Source: an uncultured Lentisphaerales bacterium (GTDB taxonomy: Bacteria; Verrucomicrobiota; Lentisphaeria; JABSQK01; UBA12247). Taken from it: a stretch of 56,601 nucleotides of DNA. This document shows, piece after piece, positions 47,414 through 56,601 of this stretch. The stretch covers positions 1 through 56,601 of the forward strand of contig CALSSJ010000028.1 of NCBI GenBank assembly GCA_943788985.1, in the 5' to 3' direction. A program made the position numbers and the translations under genes. The notes beneath the pieces were generated by a model. That model made no database searches. It was not told the origin of the DNA and saw nothing but the letters and a program-made list of their open reading frames with translations. The first letter of the stretch is position 1. Each line of letters starts with the position of its first letter.

Positions 47414-49088
47414 GCTACGGCTGGGCGTAGATGGCGGCGCCACATCGACCAAGGTCGTGCTCCTCGACGATGGCGAGGTCGCGCAACGCTGGACGGTAGC
47501 GCGCTGCCATTTTCTGCTCGATAGTCCAGAGCAGATTCAGGCGACGCTGGCGAGCCTAGCGCTGACGCCCAGCCACGTCGGGCTATTTCTCGCGGGCTGC
47601 CGGACGGCCGCAGATCGTGAGCAACTTCGCGCTATCGGGCAATCCATTTGGCCCGATGCGGAGTTCGCAACTGGGAGCGATCTCATGGCTGCGCACGCCG
47701 GCGCACTTGATCAGCAAGACGGCATTTTGGTGCTTGCCGGGACTGGCTCGGCCGTGCTCGGCCGGCGCAACGATGCCGTACTGCAACTGGGTGGGCATGG
47801 GCACATTGCTGGCGATCAGGGCGGGGGCTTTTGGCTCGGCCAAAAGCTCCTAGAGCAAGCCCTTCTAGGCTATGACGAGCATGGCAGCGCTGCCCCACTG
47901 CTTGGCTCTTTGCTCGCTCGGCTCTGCCTAAACTCCGCCGACGCGCTGGTCCGCTGGACCGTTACTGCGCAAAAGAGTGAAATTGCTGCACTGGCGCCCC
48001 TCGCGATCGAGCTTGAACTCCCGTTTGTGCACGAAGGCGCGCAGTTTTTGGACAAGCAGTTGAGAACCTGCATTCGCCGGCTGGAGCTGCCTCGCCCGGG
48101 CGTCGTCTTTGGCGGAAGCGTGCTACAGAATGAGCGCTACGCCACGCAGTTGAAGTTACTGCTGGCAGACCTGGATGTGCGTCCAGCGCGGGCGGATGCC
48201 GCGGTAGGAGCCGCTCTCCTTACCGGCCAAGAGTTGCGAACTTCGCAAACCTCCGAAGTGCTGACGAGCGATCGTGGTTTGCAACAATCGCCTACGGAAT
48301 GTCGCAATCCCAGAACGATGCAGCTCGACCAAATGCGAACTCCGCAACTCGTGGACCTGATGATGGCCGAGGATGCCTACGTCTGGCCGGCCGTGAAGGC
48401 CGCGCGCAACGAAATCGTGGCCACGCTGGAGCTGCTGGTGCCGAGATATCTCGCCGGCGGACGCCTGTTCTACATCGGAGCAGGGACCAGCGGTCGCCTT
48501 GGCGTATTGGATGCCTCGGAGTGCCCACCCACATTCTGCACGCCGCCAGAGCGCGTGCAGGGAATCATCGCTGGAGGCTTTCCGGCCCTGCATAGTTCGG
48601 CGGAGTCACGAGAGGATGATGTGAATGCAGGCGTTGAAGCTCTGTCGCAACGGCAGGTGGGACCGTTGGATACCGTGGTCGGAATCGCCGCTTCTGGGTC
48701 GACGCCATTTGTGCTCGGGGCGTTGCGCGAGGCCGCTCAGCGTGGAGCGGCGACGGCGCTCATCACCTGTAATCCGCATGCGACCTTCAGCAATGAGCGC
48801 GAGTTTGTGCGCATTGCGCTGGATACTGGACCGGAACTGCTCGCTGGATCGACTCGGCTAAAGGCAGGCACTGCGACCAAGCTCGTCCTCAATCAGCTGT
48901 CGACCATCACCATGATTCAGGCAGGAAAGGTGGTCGAAAACTTGATGATCGACCTGCGCCCATCCTGCGAGAAACTGCGCCGTCGTTTGACGCGCATCCT
49001 CTGCGAGCTAACCGGCGAAAATGCGGAGTCCGCAAAAGCTCGCCTGCTGACGCACGACTGGGATATTCGCCGCTGCCTCGGTTCTTGA
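47406..49088 (+). CDS. murQ: Fusion of a BadF-type amino-sugar kinase (MurK-like) and N-acetylmuramic acid 6-phosphate etherase
   Basis: N-half GVDGGATST, LAGTGS, GGHGHIAGDQGG; C-half TECRNP, GAGTSGRLGVLDASECPPTF, GIAASGSTP, GPE..AGSTRLKAGTATK. Confidence 0.88.
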   Translation: MAELRLGVDGGATSTKVVLLDDGEVAQRWTVARCHFLLDSPEQIQATLASLALTPSHVGLFLAGCRTAADREQLRAIGQSIWPDAEFATGSDLMAAHAGALDQQDGILVLAGTGSAVLGRRNDAVLQLGGHGHIAGDQGGGFWLGQKLLEQALLGYDEHGSAAPLLGSLLARLCLNSADALVRWTVTAQKSEIAALAPLAIELELPFVHEGAQFLDKQLRTCIRRLELPRPGVVFGGSVLQNERYATQLKLLLADLDVRPARADAAVGAALLTGQELRTSQTSEVLTSDRGLQQSPTECRNPRTMQLDQMRTPQLVDLMMAEDAYVWPAVKAARNEIVATLELLVPRYLAGGRLFYIGAGTSGRLGVLDASECPPTFCTPPERVQGIIAGGFPALHSSAESREDDVNAGVEALSQRQVGPLDTVVGIAASGSTPFVLGALREAAQRGAATALITCNPHATFSNEREFVRIALDTGPELLAGSTRLKAGTATKLVLNQLSTITMIQAGKVVENLMIDLRPSCEKLRRRLTRILCELTGENAESAKARLLTHDWDIRRCLGS

Positions 49089-49252
49089 TTGGCACGTGGG
49101 CCTCTTGCTGAGAATCTTCCTCGTTTTCGTCTTCGAAGAGGACTGCTTTCGCCGTGTCCACGACTCCTGCGGGGGACCAGGTGGACGATGCAAGTTGCCA
49201 CGCCGTCGATCTCTCTCGTCGAACTCGGGCTTGAGGGCAATGCCTGATGACG

Positions 49253-49347
49253 CACCACACTAGCCCATCGGCGAGGTGCCGCTAGCGCGGCGGAGTGCCG
49301 AAAAGGCCTCGAATTTATCCGATCAACTTGTGATTCACCACACTAGC
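49253..49347. repeat. Dispersed repeat copy B, bounded by the 12-bp direct repeat caccacactagc
   Basis: caccacactagc at 49253-49264 and 49336-49347; the interior is homologous to 41287-41366. Confidence 0.75.
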
Positions 49348-49443
49348 GGTGCGTCTCAATAACTTTCCGCCGGAGGAGCAATATGAAACATGGCTATTTT
49401 TCTGAGTTCTGGCCCAGATGGCACCGACGCTGTAGAGCGGCTA

Positions 49444-50232
49444 TCAATCGAAAATAATTGCCGCTGCCAGGTGGTTGTACTCGTTCACAAGTTCGGCAAA
49501 GTCTGAACCAGAAACATGGCCATCAGCAAAGAGAATGTTGGCCTTGCTGGCATGCCGAAGATGCGTCTTTTGAGCAGTGCCGGCGGATGTCGGCCGAATG
49601 AAATAACACTGCTGCGCAACGCCCCGTTCACGACTGTCAGCGGCAAGAACCTGTGTGGTCGGAGGGAGGATTGGTGCGAGACGCCAGCCCGGAGGCTGAG
49701 AAGCACTGCCGGTCTTCTGCCAGCCGGAGAAGTCCTGCTCCACATAATTTACCATACCGTAGGTAAAGTCTCTTGCTGAATTTGGCGCCGTCGGCGACCA
49801 TGTATTCGTCCTTGGGCCTATGGGGCAAACCATAACAGTAGTGCCCCCTATTTCAGGAGTGGGCAGATACCCGCTTGCGTATGTATTTTCCGGCCAATGA
49901 GGTTTTTCTCCCACTGGCACCGGTTGATTCATGCGGGGCAAAAAACCATCTGCATCAACGGCATAGGTCATCCAAGCTGTACCGACCTGCTTCAAGTTAT
50001 TGAGACATAGCGTGCTTCTTGCTGATGTTTTCGCCCTTGAGAGGGAAGGCAGGAGCAAGCTCGCCAGGATGGCAATAATCGTAATGACCACCAGTAACTC
50101 GATGAGTGTGAACACGTGATGATTCTTCCTGCGATACCTCCTTTCGCCACGTCTCGATTGCGTTTCTTGACCAGAGCATGGGCTAACAAAAAAATACGCG
50201 CCTCGATCTCCACGTCCCTTCATATTTGTCAT
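49444..50232 (-). CDS. Prepilin-type N-terminal cleavage / H-X9-DG domain protein
   Basis: [52 protein letters not shown]; start uncertain. Confidence 0.9.
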   Translation of the reverse strand: MTNMKGRGDRGAYFFVSPCSGQETQSRRGERRYRRKNHHVFTLIELLVVITIIAILASLLLPSLSRAKTSARSTLCLNNLKQVGTAWMTYAVDADGFLPRMNQPVPVGEKPHWPENTYASGYLPTPEIGGTTVMVCPIGPRTNTWSPTAPNSARDFTYGMVNYVEQDFSGWQKTGSASQPPGWRLAPILPPTTQVLAADSRERGVAQQCYFIRPTSAGTAQKTHLRHASKANILFADGHVSGSDFAELVNEYNHLAAAIIFD

Positions 50233-50299
50233 CCTTTTTTATCAAAACTTCCACCAAAGCCTACCTACTGCTCTTCCCAGCCCATTAGGAACAAGGCAG

Positions 50300-51545
50300 G
50301 CGTTGAAGCAAGCTCGAAAACGAAACTTGCTTGGCGAATATGCCCGGAAACGGTTGCATGGGTATCTCCCAAATACTTTTTCCGTATCTATGTTCACCAA
50401 AGCAAGGCATTGCCTTCCCTGTGACTCTGTGTCCATGCGCCTTTCTCAATTTCGGCAAGACGCGCCTCCATCAGCCGGGCGCGTTCCGGATGCTGATCAA
50501 CCACGTTGGTCCGCTGGCCGAGATCACAGGAAAGATCGAACAAAAAGCTCGGTGCATCCGTGGCGTCGCCCTTTCAAAGTTCCTTGTACCAAGCGGGCTT
50601 CGCCGTAATCCCGCCTGGCCGCAAATAGGCCCAGTCCCCCTGCCGGAGTGGCAGCCTGTCACCAACGGCATGGTAGCCCATTTCCTGCCGTGCCGGCTGA
50701 CTCGAACGCAGTGCAGGAAGAATATCCAGGCTGTCTTCGGCAGTTCCTTCTCTCAGTGGTACGCCGACGATTTCGGTAATCGTCGCAAAGAGGTCGATCA
50801 ACGAAAGCGTTGCATCTATCTGACGCCCGCCGTTGACTCCACCCGGTGGCGAGGAGGGGCAAAAACGGGACGCGGTGTCCGCCTTCGAGCAGATCGCGTT
50901 TCAAGCCGCGCAAGGGCCCGGAGGAGTTGTGCTGATGTGATTGAATCAGCTCACACATAAACGGTGCCGGCCCATTTTTACCCGATACGATCAACAGAGT
51001 ATCGTCGTAGACGGCTGCCGCCTTCAACGCCGCGACAACCTGCCCGACTGCGTCATCGGGCTGAGCGAAAAATCCCCATAGGGCCCCGCCCGACTCCTTC
51101 CCTGAAACGCTGCCAGCGGAACAATGGGCGTATTCGGAGCGGCGGTGGTAAACATCAGGAAGAACGGTTCCGGTTTTCGGTTCTGTTCGTCGATATAGGC
51201 AACCGCTTCGCCTGTAATGTCGGCATCACGTTGTCCAATCTCCAGCCCTACTCGCCGGGGGCGATGCCGTGGTAATACCCTCCCTTTCTTAGCACCTGAC
51301 GATTAAACGTGTTGGCATTGACACCAACCGGATCACAGGTAAGTCGATCGTTTTCGATGAACGCACAGGGCAGGGCCCGGCACACTCACTACCGGTGGCT
51401 TTAGTCACCGGCCAGCATCCCCAGCATCAAGTCCAGAGGCCGACACATTGTTCCAATCCCGCAGGTTGATGGGCAGCCATGTGCCGCCCCCCCAAGCTTG
51501 GATGTGAGGAAAGACGATCCGGTGGCGTATGCCACCTGCAGCAAA
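50300..51545 (-). pseudogene. Heavily decayed arylsulfatase
   Basis: Fragments in several frames: PCAFIENDRL, EPFFLMFTTAAPNTPIVP...GPYGDF, DDTLLIVSGKNGP, LRGLKRDLLEGGHRVPF, IDLFATI...AEDSLDILP; boundaries approximate. Confidence 0.75.
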
Positions 51546-51788
51546 TGTTTTACCCTCGGGCCGAAGGGAACTGCACTCGAAAGCTCGGACCGCTCAACGC
51601 TTCAGCTGTATCATGAAACTGCCAGACACCTGCTGGTCCTATTTCTTGCGCATGCAGAGAGCCAAGGCACAAACCGATTACAAACCCTGCAACGATCTGC
51701 CTGGCAAAATAGTTACTTAGAATTCCAGTAGTCCTACAACGTAGTTCCTGTTGATTCGGTAGTAGAGGAGACGGGTCACCAGCGCCCT

Positions 51789-53627
51789 CTACTTCTTCTT
51801 TTTCTTCTCAGGGGCCTTTATGTAGCCGAAGTACTGTTTCATCCGGTGCACATAGGCGCTGCAGTGCTTGGCTGTGCAGGCAATAATCTCGTCTCGATAC
51901 GCGTCCGGGCCCGCGCCGACCCAGTCGATCATGTTCAAAACCAACAACGAGGCATACGAGTTATTCTTCAGCAAATCTTTGAAACAGGCAGTGGCGGCTT
52001 GTGTATCGTCCTGCCGATAGAGGGTATAGGCCGCCATGGCTCGGACAACATGGGACTCGTCGCTAAGCGCTTGCCGAATCCGGTGCTGGGCAGACTTGGC
52101 GTCGGCAGCGATCAGGTAGCAGCCGACCATCCCCCAGTAACGGATGCATGAATCCTTGTGCTCCAACAGCTCCAGCAGCGCCGCCAGATTTCCCGAATCC
52201 TGCTGCAGGGCCAGATCAGACGCGTCCAGATAGGCCACCAAGTCGTACTGCGCCCGGTTGCGGACCATCTCGTGGACCGTAGTCTGGTGATCGGCGGCAC
52301 GTTTGACGCGCTCGGCTTCGGGAAGCAAGCCAGAATCGTGGACCTTCAGTTGCCAGTTGCGGAGTTCGCGACGTAGCTCGTCAGCGACTTCTTTGTACTC
52401 CGGCTGATCGATCAGGTTGACGACGTTATCCGGGTCTTTGCTCGTATCGTAGAGTTCTTCCATGGGTTTGGTCCCAAACCAGCGGCCGGTGACGGCATCG
52501 GTCTGGCCAGCCTTGTGCCAGGCCTCCCAAGCTCTGGTTGCCTCCATCTTCCACAGGTAGGTCAGATGCTGGCCCCGAGGGACAAACGGCATGTAGTTAC
52601 GAACGTAGAGGAACTGTTTATTACGGATCGCGCGGACATTGTCACAGCGCTCATCCATCCGCTCGCGGAAACTTACGTGGTATTCGCGTTCGGGGTCGGC
52701 CTCGGGGCCAAGAAACACCTGGCCCTGCATCACTGCAGGAATCTCGGCGCCGGTGATCTTGAGCCAGGTTTTGGGCATGTCCACGAAGCTCACGAGCCGG
52801 TCGACTTGGGTACCTGGCTGCTCCGCCGGCCACAGGTCCTCGAGTCTTTTGGGTACTCGGATGATTAAGGGGCAGTGAGTCCCGCTGTTGAACAGAAAGC
52901 GTTTGCTGCGTGGCAACACGCCACCGTGATCAGAGTTGTAGATCACAATGGTGTTTTCAGCCATGCCGTTCAGCTTTAGCGCCTTCAGCATGACGCCAAC
53001 CTTGGCATCCAGCTTCTTCATCGCATCATGGTAATGGGCGTAGTTCTCACGCATCTTCAGGATATCAGGGTGGTAGGTGGCCAGACGCGTATCCTCGGGG
53101 CTATGCTTTGTGTTCTCAACACTGCCGAATGCCCGACTCTCGTGGGACTCGGCGAGGTTGATGACCTGAAAGAAGGGCTGCTTCTGTTTGAGCACTCGCC
53201 AGTCAAGCTTGGTCGTATCCCAGCATTCGTCGTCACCGCGGCCGCCGATGTTGTAATCGGTCTTTCGGACGTTCGAGCAGTGGTACCCGGCTGCCTTGAG
53301 ATAATCGGGGTAGTACTTGATTTGGTCATGCGGGATGTCATAGCGGCTGCGCATCGGCGCCGTCCCCATGGAGATCGCGTGAATGCCCGTGATCCAAGTA
53401 CTGCGGGAGGGGGCACAGACCGGGGCGTTGGCGTAGCAGTGCATATACTGAAACCCCTCTTGAGCAAGCCTGTTGATGTTTGGCGTGTCTGCATGGGGAT
53501 TGCCGTAACATCCTACCCAATTCACGCTATTGTCCTCGCTGGTCAGCCAAAGAATATTCGGCCGGTCCGCTGCCACACACTGGAATGTCGCTAGGGCCAG
53601 GACTATTGCAATAGGTCTGATGTTCAT
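51789..53627 (-). CDS. Secreted S1 sulfatase with C-terminal HEAT-like repeats
   Basis: 612 aa; PNILWLTSED, CAPSRSTWITG, KTDYN, SDHGG, RERMDER, IRYWG/VRAMAA tail; AGAGG RBS. Confidence 0.93.
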   Translation of the reverse strand: MNIRPIAIVLALATFQCVAADRPNILWLTSEDNSVNWVGCYGNPHADTPNINRLAQEGFQYMHCYANAPVCAPSRSTWITGIHAISMGTAPMRSRYDIPHDQIKYYPDYLKAAGYHCSNVRKTDYNIGGRGDDECWDTTKLDWRVLKQKQPFFQVINLAESHESRAFGSVENTKHSPEDTRLATYHPDILKMRENYAHYHDAMKKLDAKVGVMLKALKLNGMAENTIVIYNSDHGGVLPRSKRFLFNSGTHCPLIIRVPKRLEDLWPAEQPGTQVDRLVSFVDMPKTWLKITGAEIPAVMQGQVFLGPEADPEREYHVSFRERMDERCDNVRAIRNKQFLYVRNYMPFVPRGQHLTYLWKMEATRAWEAWHKAGQTDAVTGRWFGTKPMEELYDTSKDPDNVVNLIDQPEYKEVADELRRELRNWQLKVHDSGLLPEAERVKRAADHQTTVHEMVRNRAQYDLVAYLDASDLALQQDSGNLAALLELLEHKDSCIRYWGMVGCYLIAADAKSAQHRIRQALSDESHVVRAMAAYTLYRQDDTQAATACFKDLLKNNSYASLLVLNMIDWVGAGPDAYRDEIIACTAKHCSAYVHRMKQYFGYIKAPEKKKKK

Positions 53628-53972
53628 ATGAATTCCTCTGTTTATCTACGGATGATTGAAACTACGAAATACGCGAAAGGGGCGGGCGATTGACAGTTGT
53701 AGCGCCCAAGGCGTGCACGCGGTCGAGCCGGGAAAAACAGCAAGATATTGAGGGAGTACGTCCAACGTTGGCGAACACGTTGTGGCCGATGCAGGATGGC
53801 CGTCGCAAAGCAGCATAGCTAAACGCCGCAGGCACAGCCGAAGGGAACCTGTAAACTCCAACAGGCATCTCCCACGTACTCGTTTTTCCTTGTTTTGCGC
53901 TTTTGGCGTGTTTCTTAGTTCTGTTTGCCCCAGCCTGCCGCCCAACGGTTTGGTCGATTATCGTTCCTGCCA

Positions 53973-55436
53973 TCATTGGGCATCCCAGAAAGAGCCTTCC
54001 TCTTGAACTTGAGTCTCAAAGGCAGTCAAGCTCTCCATCATTTTCTCGACACGCTTTGCCTGTTCTCCAGCGCGGTTAATGCGCTCTCCGAGATCCTGTT
54101 CCACTTGAAAGAGGAGCGGAGTATCACGGGAGGCGGTGAAGCCGTAATTGTTTCCGGTTTGCGATGCGATGCGGGTGTGCATCTTCCATGGGCCTACCCG
54201 GACAGCAGAAGGCTTGTTGTCCGCCCATGAATAGTAGAACTCGAACTCCGGCAGCTTTGCCTTGTGTGCTTGTGGCATCAAGTATGGCCTGATGTCCCGA
54301 CCGTCAATGGAACGATCTTTCGGGAGCTCTACACCAGCGAGAGCGAACACCGTCGGTAATATGTCCAGGGTGCTCACCGGAGATTGCTCGATTGAATTGG
54401 GAGTGATCTTGCCGGGCCAGCAAAAGATACCAGGTACCCGGTGGCCGCCTTCCCAGGTAGAGCCTTTGCCGTCTCGGAACGGTTGTGCATAGCCAACGTG
54501 AAGGCGTGTGTCCCCATACTTTTTGTCACTCGCGGTATCCTGAAATCGGATCCATGGCCCGTTGTCCGAGGAGAAGATAATCAGGGTATTCTCCGTGAGC
54601 CCGGCTTCTGCGATGGACTGGCGGATTTGTCCCACGCTATCATCAATCTCCTCCATCACGTCACCCAGCAGACCTCTGCGTGATTTGCCGAGGAACTTGT
54701 CACTCGCGTAAAGCCCAAGGTGAGGCATGTTGAAGGGAATGTAGGCAAAGAAGGGGGTCTCTTTGTTTCTTTTGATAAATGAGATGGCCGCCTCGGTGGA
54801 ACGTTCCGTTAGGGAGGCACAAACGTCTGCTTTGGACGGCAGGTTTTTGGCGATCACAGAATAGCCTTTGATGGGCTGGCTTCCGAATGGGTCTGATTGC
54901 AGCAACATAGCACTGCTATAATCGTGGGAGACGTTGGTCCCAAGCCATTCATCAAAACCGTGAGCGAGCGGCAGCGTGTCTTGAGAAAAATTGTTTTTTT
55001 GATTGGGGTTGCCGAGGTGCCATTTGCCAAAGATCCCGGTTTGATAACCACGTGTTTTCAGGCCCTCAGCGAGGGTGATTTCTTTTGGATGAATATGCCG
55101 CTGCGCACGCGGCTCGACGGTCCATGAGCCCAATCCCGAGCGGCCAGGATAGCGACCGGTTAAGAGCGAATAGCGTGACGCGCTGCAGGCGGGAGAGGTG
55201 ACGTAGAACTGGGTGAAGTTCATCCCGTCCTGCGCCAGCTTGGAAATGTTTGGCGTGCGAATGGTGGGATTGCCATTGTGGGCGTAGTCACCGTAACCAC
55301 TGTCATCGAGGAAGAAGACGATGATGTTGGGTCTGCCGCTACCTGCGCGCTCACCAGCGCTCGCGTAGCTGAGAAAAAGCATCCAGGCGCAGAAGCACGC
55401 GGCTATGCCGCGGAATAGGAGTCGTGATCGGTTCAA
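53973..55436 (-). CDS. Secreted S1 arylsulfatase
   Basis: PNIIVFFLDDSG, CSASRYSLLTGRY, GKWHLG, SSDNGPW, GKGSTWEGGHRVP; TTG start at 55436 chosen because a signal peptide follows. Confidence 0.92.
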   Translation of the reverse strand: MNRSRLLFRGIAACFCAWMLFLSYASAGERAGSGRPNIIVFFLDDSGYGDYAHNGNPTIRTPNISKLAQDGMNFTQFYVTSPACSASRYSLLTGRYPGRSGLGSWTVEPRAQRHIHPKEITLAEGLKTRGYQTGIFGKWHLGNPNQKNNFSQDTLPLAHGFDEWLGTNVSHDYSSAMLLQSDPFGSQPIKGYSVIAKNLPSKADVCASLTERSTEAAISFIKRNKETPFFAYIPFNMPHLGLYASDKFLGKSRRGLLGDVMEEIDDSVGQIRQSIAEAGLTENTLIIFSSDNGPWIRFQDTASDKKYGDTRLHVGYAQPFRDGKGSTWEGGHRVPGIFCWPGKITPNSIEQSPVSTLDILPTVFALAGVELPKDRSIDGRDIRPYLMPQAHKAKLPEFEFYYSWADNKPSAVRVGPWKMHTRIASQTGNNYGFTASRDTPLLFQVEQDLGERINRAGEQAKRVEKMMESLTAFETQVQEEGSFWDAQ

Positions 55437-56236
55437 GGGCGCTTCCTGTCTTTTTTGGGGCGGCTGGTGCTTGACGCTTGTTTTTGTCAGCCAACATAGA
55501 GATGAGCGTCGGATGAACAATAGCGGCGATGTTGCGATCGCGCAGCGGTCCGCCAGTGTGGGGGAGGGAGCGGCTTGACGCTGCGTTGGCCAGCATGTTG
55601 AAGTCTTCCCGCGCGATGAAGCGCATATTCGCCGACCCCGTTGGGTGCACCAAACAGTTAAGCGGATTTGCAGATGCGCTGGCGACCATCGCCTGCGTTG
55701 CGGTCATCGAATCAGAATGGCGCGTCAGGCAAGCCCGAGAAAATCCACGTACTTTTGCCCGAACTGCCCGCAGGTGACCGAGCTGTGCACTGGTAGGGAG
55801 ACGAAATGAGGTAAGGGCAGCCCAACCACAGCGGGGGCCTTATAGGAAGGGCGCCGAAGCCCACTGTGCTTCGCGCAAGGGCGGACGCCAGCATTCAGAC
55901 CATCACCGCAGCGCCTGCAACTGGGCAAACGACGGCGTAGACGCTCGACTCTCCGACGATTTCTCCGAAGTCGGAATGCCCGACGCGTGACGCGGACCGA
56001 AGGTGGATGACCTCGGGGCCCAAGCAGCAGTGAAGGTCATCTGTGAAACGAAAGGCCCTGGAGCGATACCTGGCCGACACTTAGGTGCCCTCCTGAAAGT
56101 CGATCCCCCGCCAGTATCGCTGATTGCCCGCAACAGGTCTACCCCCGCGCCCAGTACGAGGCCGCGGCGAGTGGCCTCCAAACCTTTAGGCAATCGCGCG
56201 CTAGGGCCAGTTGAAACAGGTACGATAAGAGTACAA

Positions 56237-56601
56237 TAGGCTGTTAAAAACTGAAATCAGCTGACGCTTTTCCAGCAAGCTGGTTGCAGGCCTTGACAAG
56301 GTAATCTCCGGTTCCAATCGAGTGCGGTTGAAAGGCAGCTTGCGTTTCATAATCGTTCGCGCGTAAAGCGCCCACGCGGACAAGACACCACCGCCGGCGC
56401 ATTGGCAGACTAATTGCACATCCTTGTGCTCGCCGATGCGGGTGAGCAATCGCCGGGCTAACGCCTCGATCGGGGGGCCCGGTAGAATCGTGTAGTGGAG
56501 ATTCCCCAATGTCAGGTGTACGATATCCAAGTATCGACTGGCACGATTTCGCGCGGCGACAAGTTCTGACTGAGCAAAGAAAGCCAGAGATGCTGGTGAG
56601 G
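56237..56601 (-). mobile_element. Possible decayed IS right end (IS5/IS1182-like), running off the window
   Basis: The minus strand reads gtttttaacagccta at 56237-56251, resembling the TTTTTCAACAGCCT ends recalled for such elements; an ORF runs through it but has no clear DDE motif. Confidence 0.25.

Noticed and set aside
53770..53850. c-di-GMP-I riboswitch-like words (gcaaagc...ctaa)
   Set aside because: On the strand opposite to the flanking genes and lacking the first GNRA-capped stem.
55500..56200. Possible regulator or enzyme remnants upstream of the last sulfatase
   Set aside because: Only short, motif-less frames; nothing assignable.
1..56601. CRISPR array, tRNA, rRNA, integron attC array or prophage
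   Set aside because: No regularly spaced repeats, cloverleafs, rRNA signatures, integrase or phage structural genes were seen by eye.

Overview
Chromosomal window (roughly 60% GC by eye) from what is most likely a PVC-superphylum bacterium (Lentisphaerota/Kiritimatiellota-like; inferred from several Cys-type sulfatases, an H-X9-DG prepilin-like protein and secreted carbohydrate enzymes). The flanks (about 1-16 kb and 49-56.6 kb) are accessory and decaying. They hold a PhyH-type dioxygenase/AraC pair bracketed by a perfect 24-bp direct repeat, a truncated IS3, a two-catalytic-domain esterase, a GH29-like and a clan-D-like glycosidase, three intact sulfatases, an addiction module whose ParE toxin is inactivated by two nonsense codons, and several internally deleted pseudogenes and MITE-like ends. 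The centre (about 16-49 kb) is denser and more core-like. It holds a cold-shock gene with an unannotated 55-aa basic partner, a minus-strand run (coiled-coil/TPR protein, YejA-like binding protein, TMTC-like GT-C/TPR protein, ATP-grasp enzyme) and a long plus-strand run. The plus-strand run comprises an ECF sigma/ZAS anti-sigma pair, rhomboid, Sel1, ankyrin, a ferritin-like DUF455 to ATP-grasp fusion, a class II (B12) ribonucleotide reductase, a soluble two-component pair with a DASS transporter, two mevalonate-pathway GHMP kinases and a kinase-MurQ fusion. About ten single-base frameshifts sit in homopolymers and look like long-read errors. No rRNA, tRNA or CRISPR array was recognised. The best candidates for undescribed biology are the diiron/ATP-grasp fusion, the repeat-bracketed dioxygenase cassette and the mevalonate-kinase/MurQ operon. 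All family assignments are by motif recognition, not database search.
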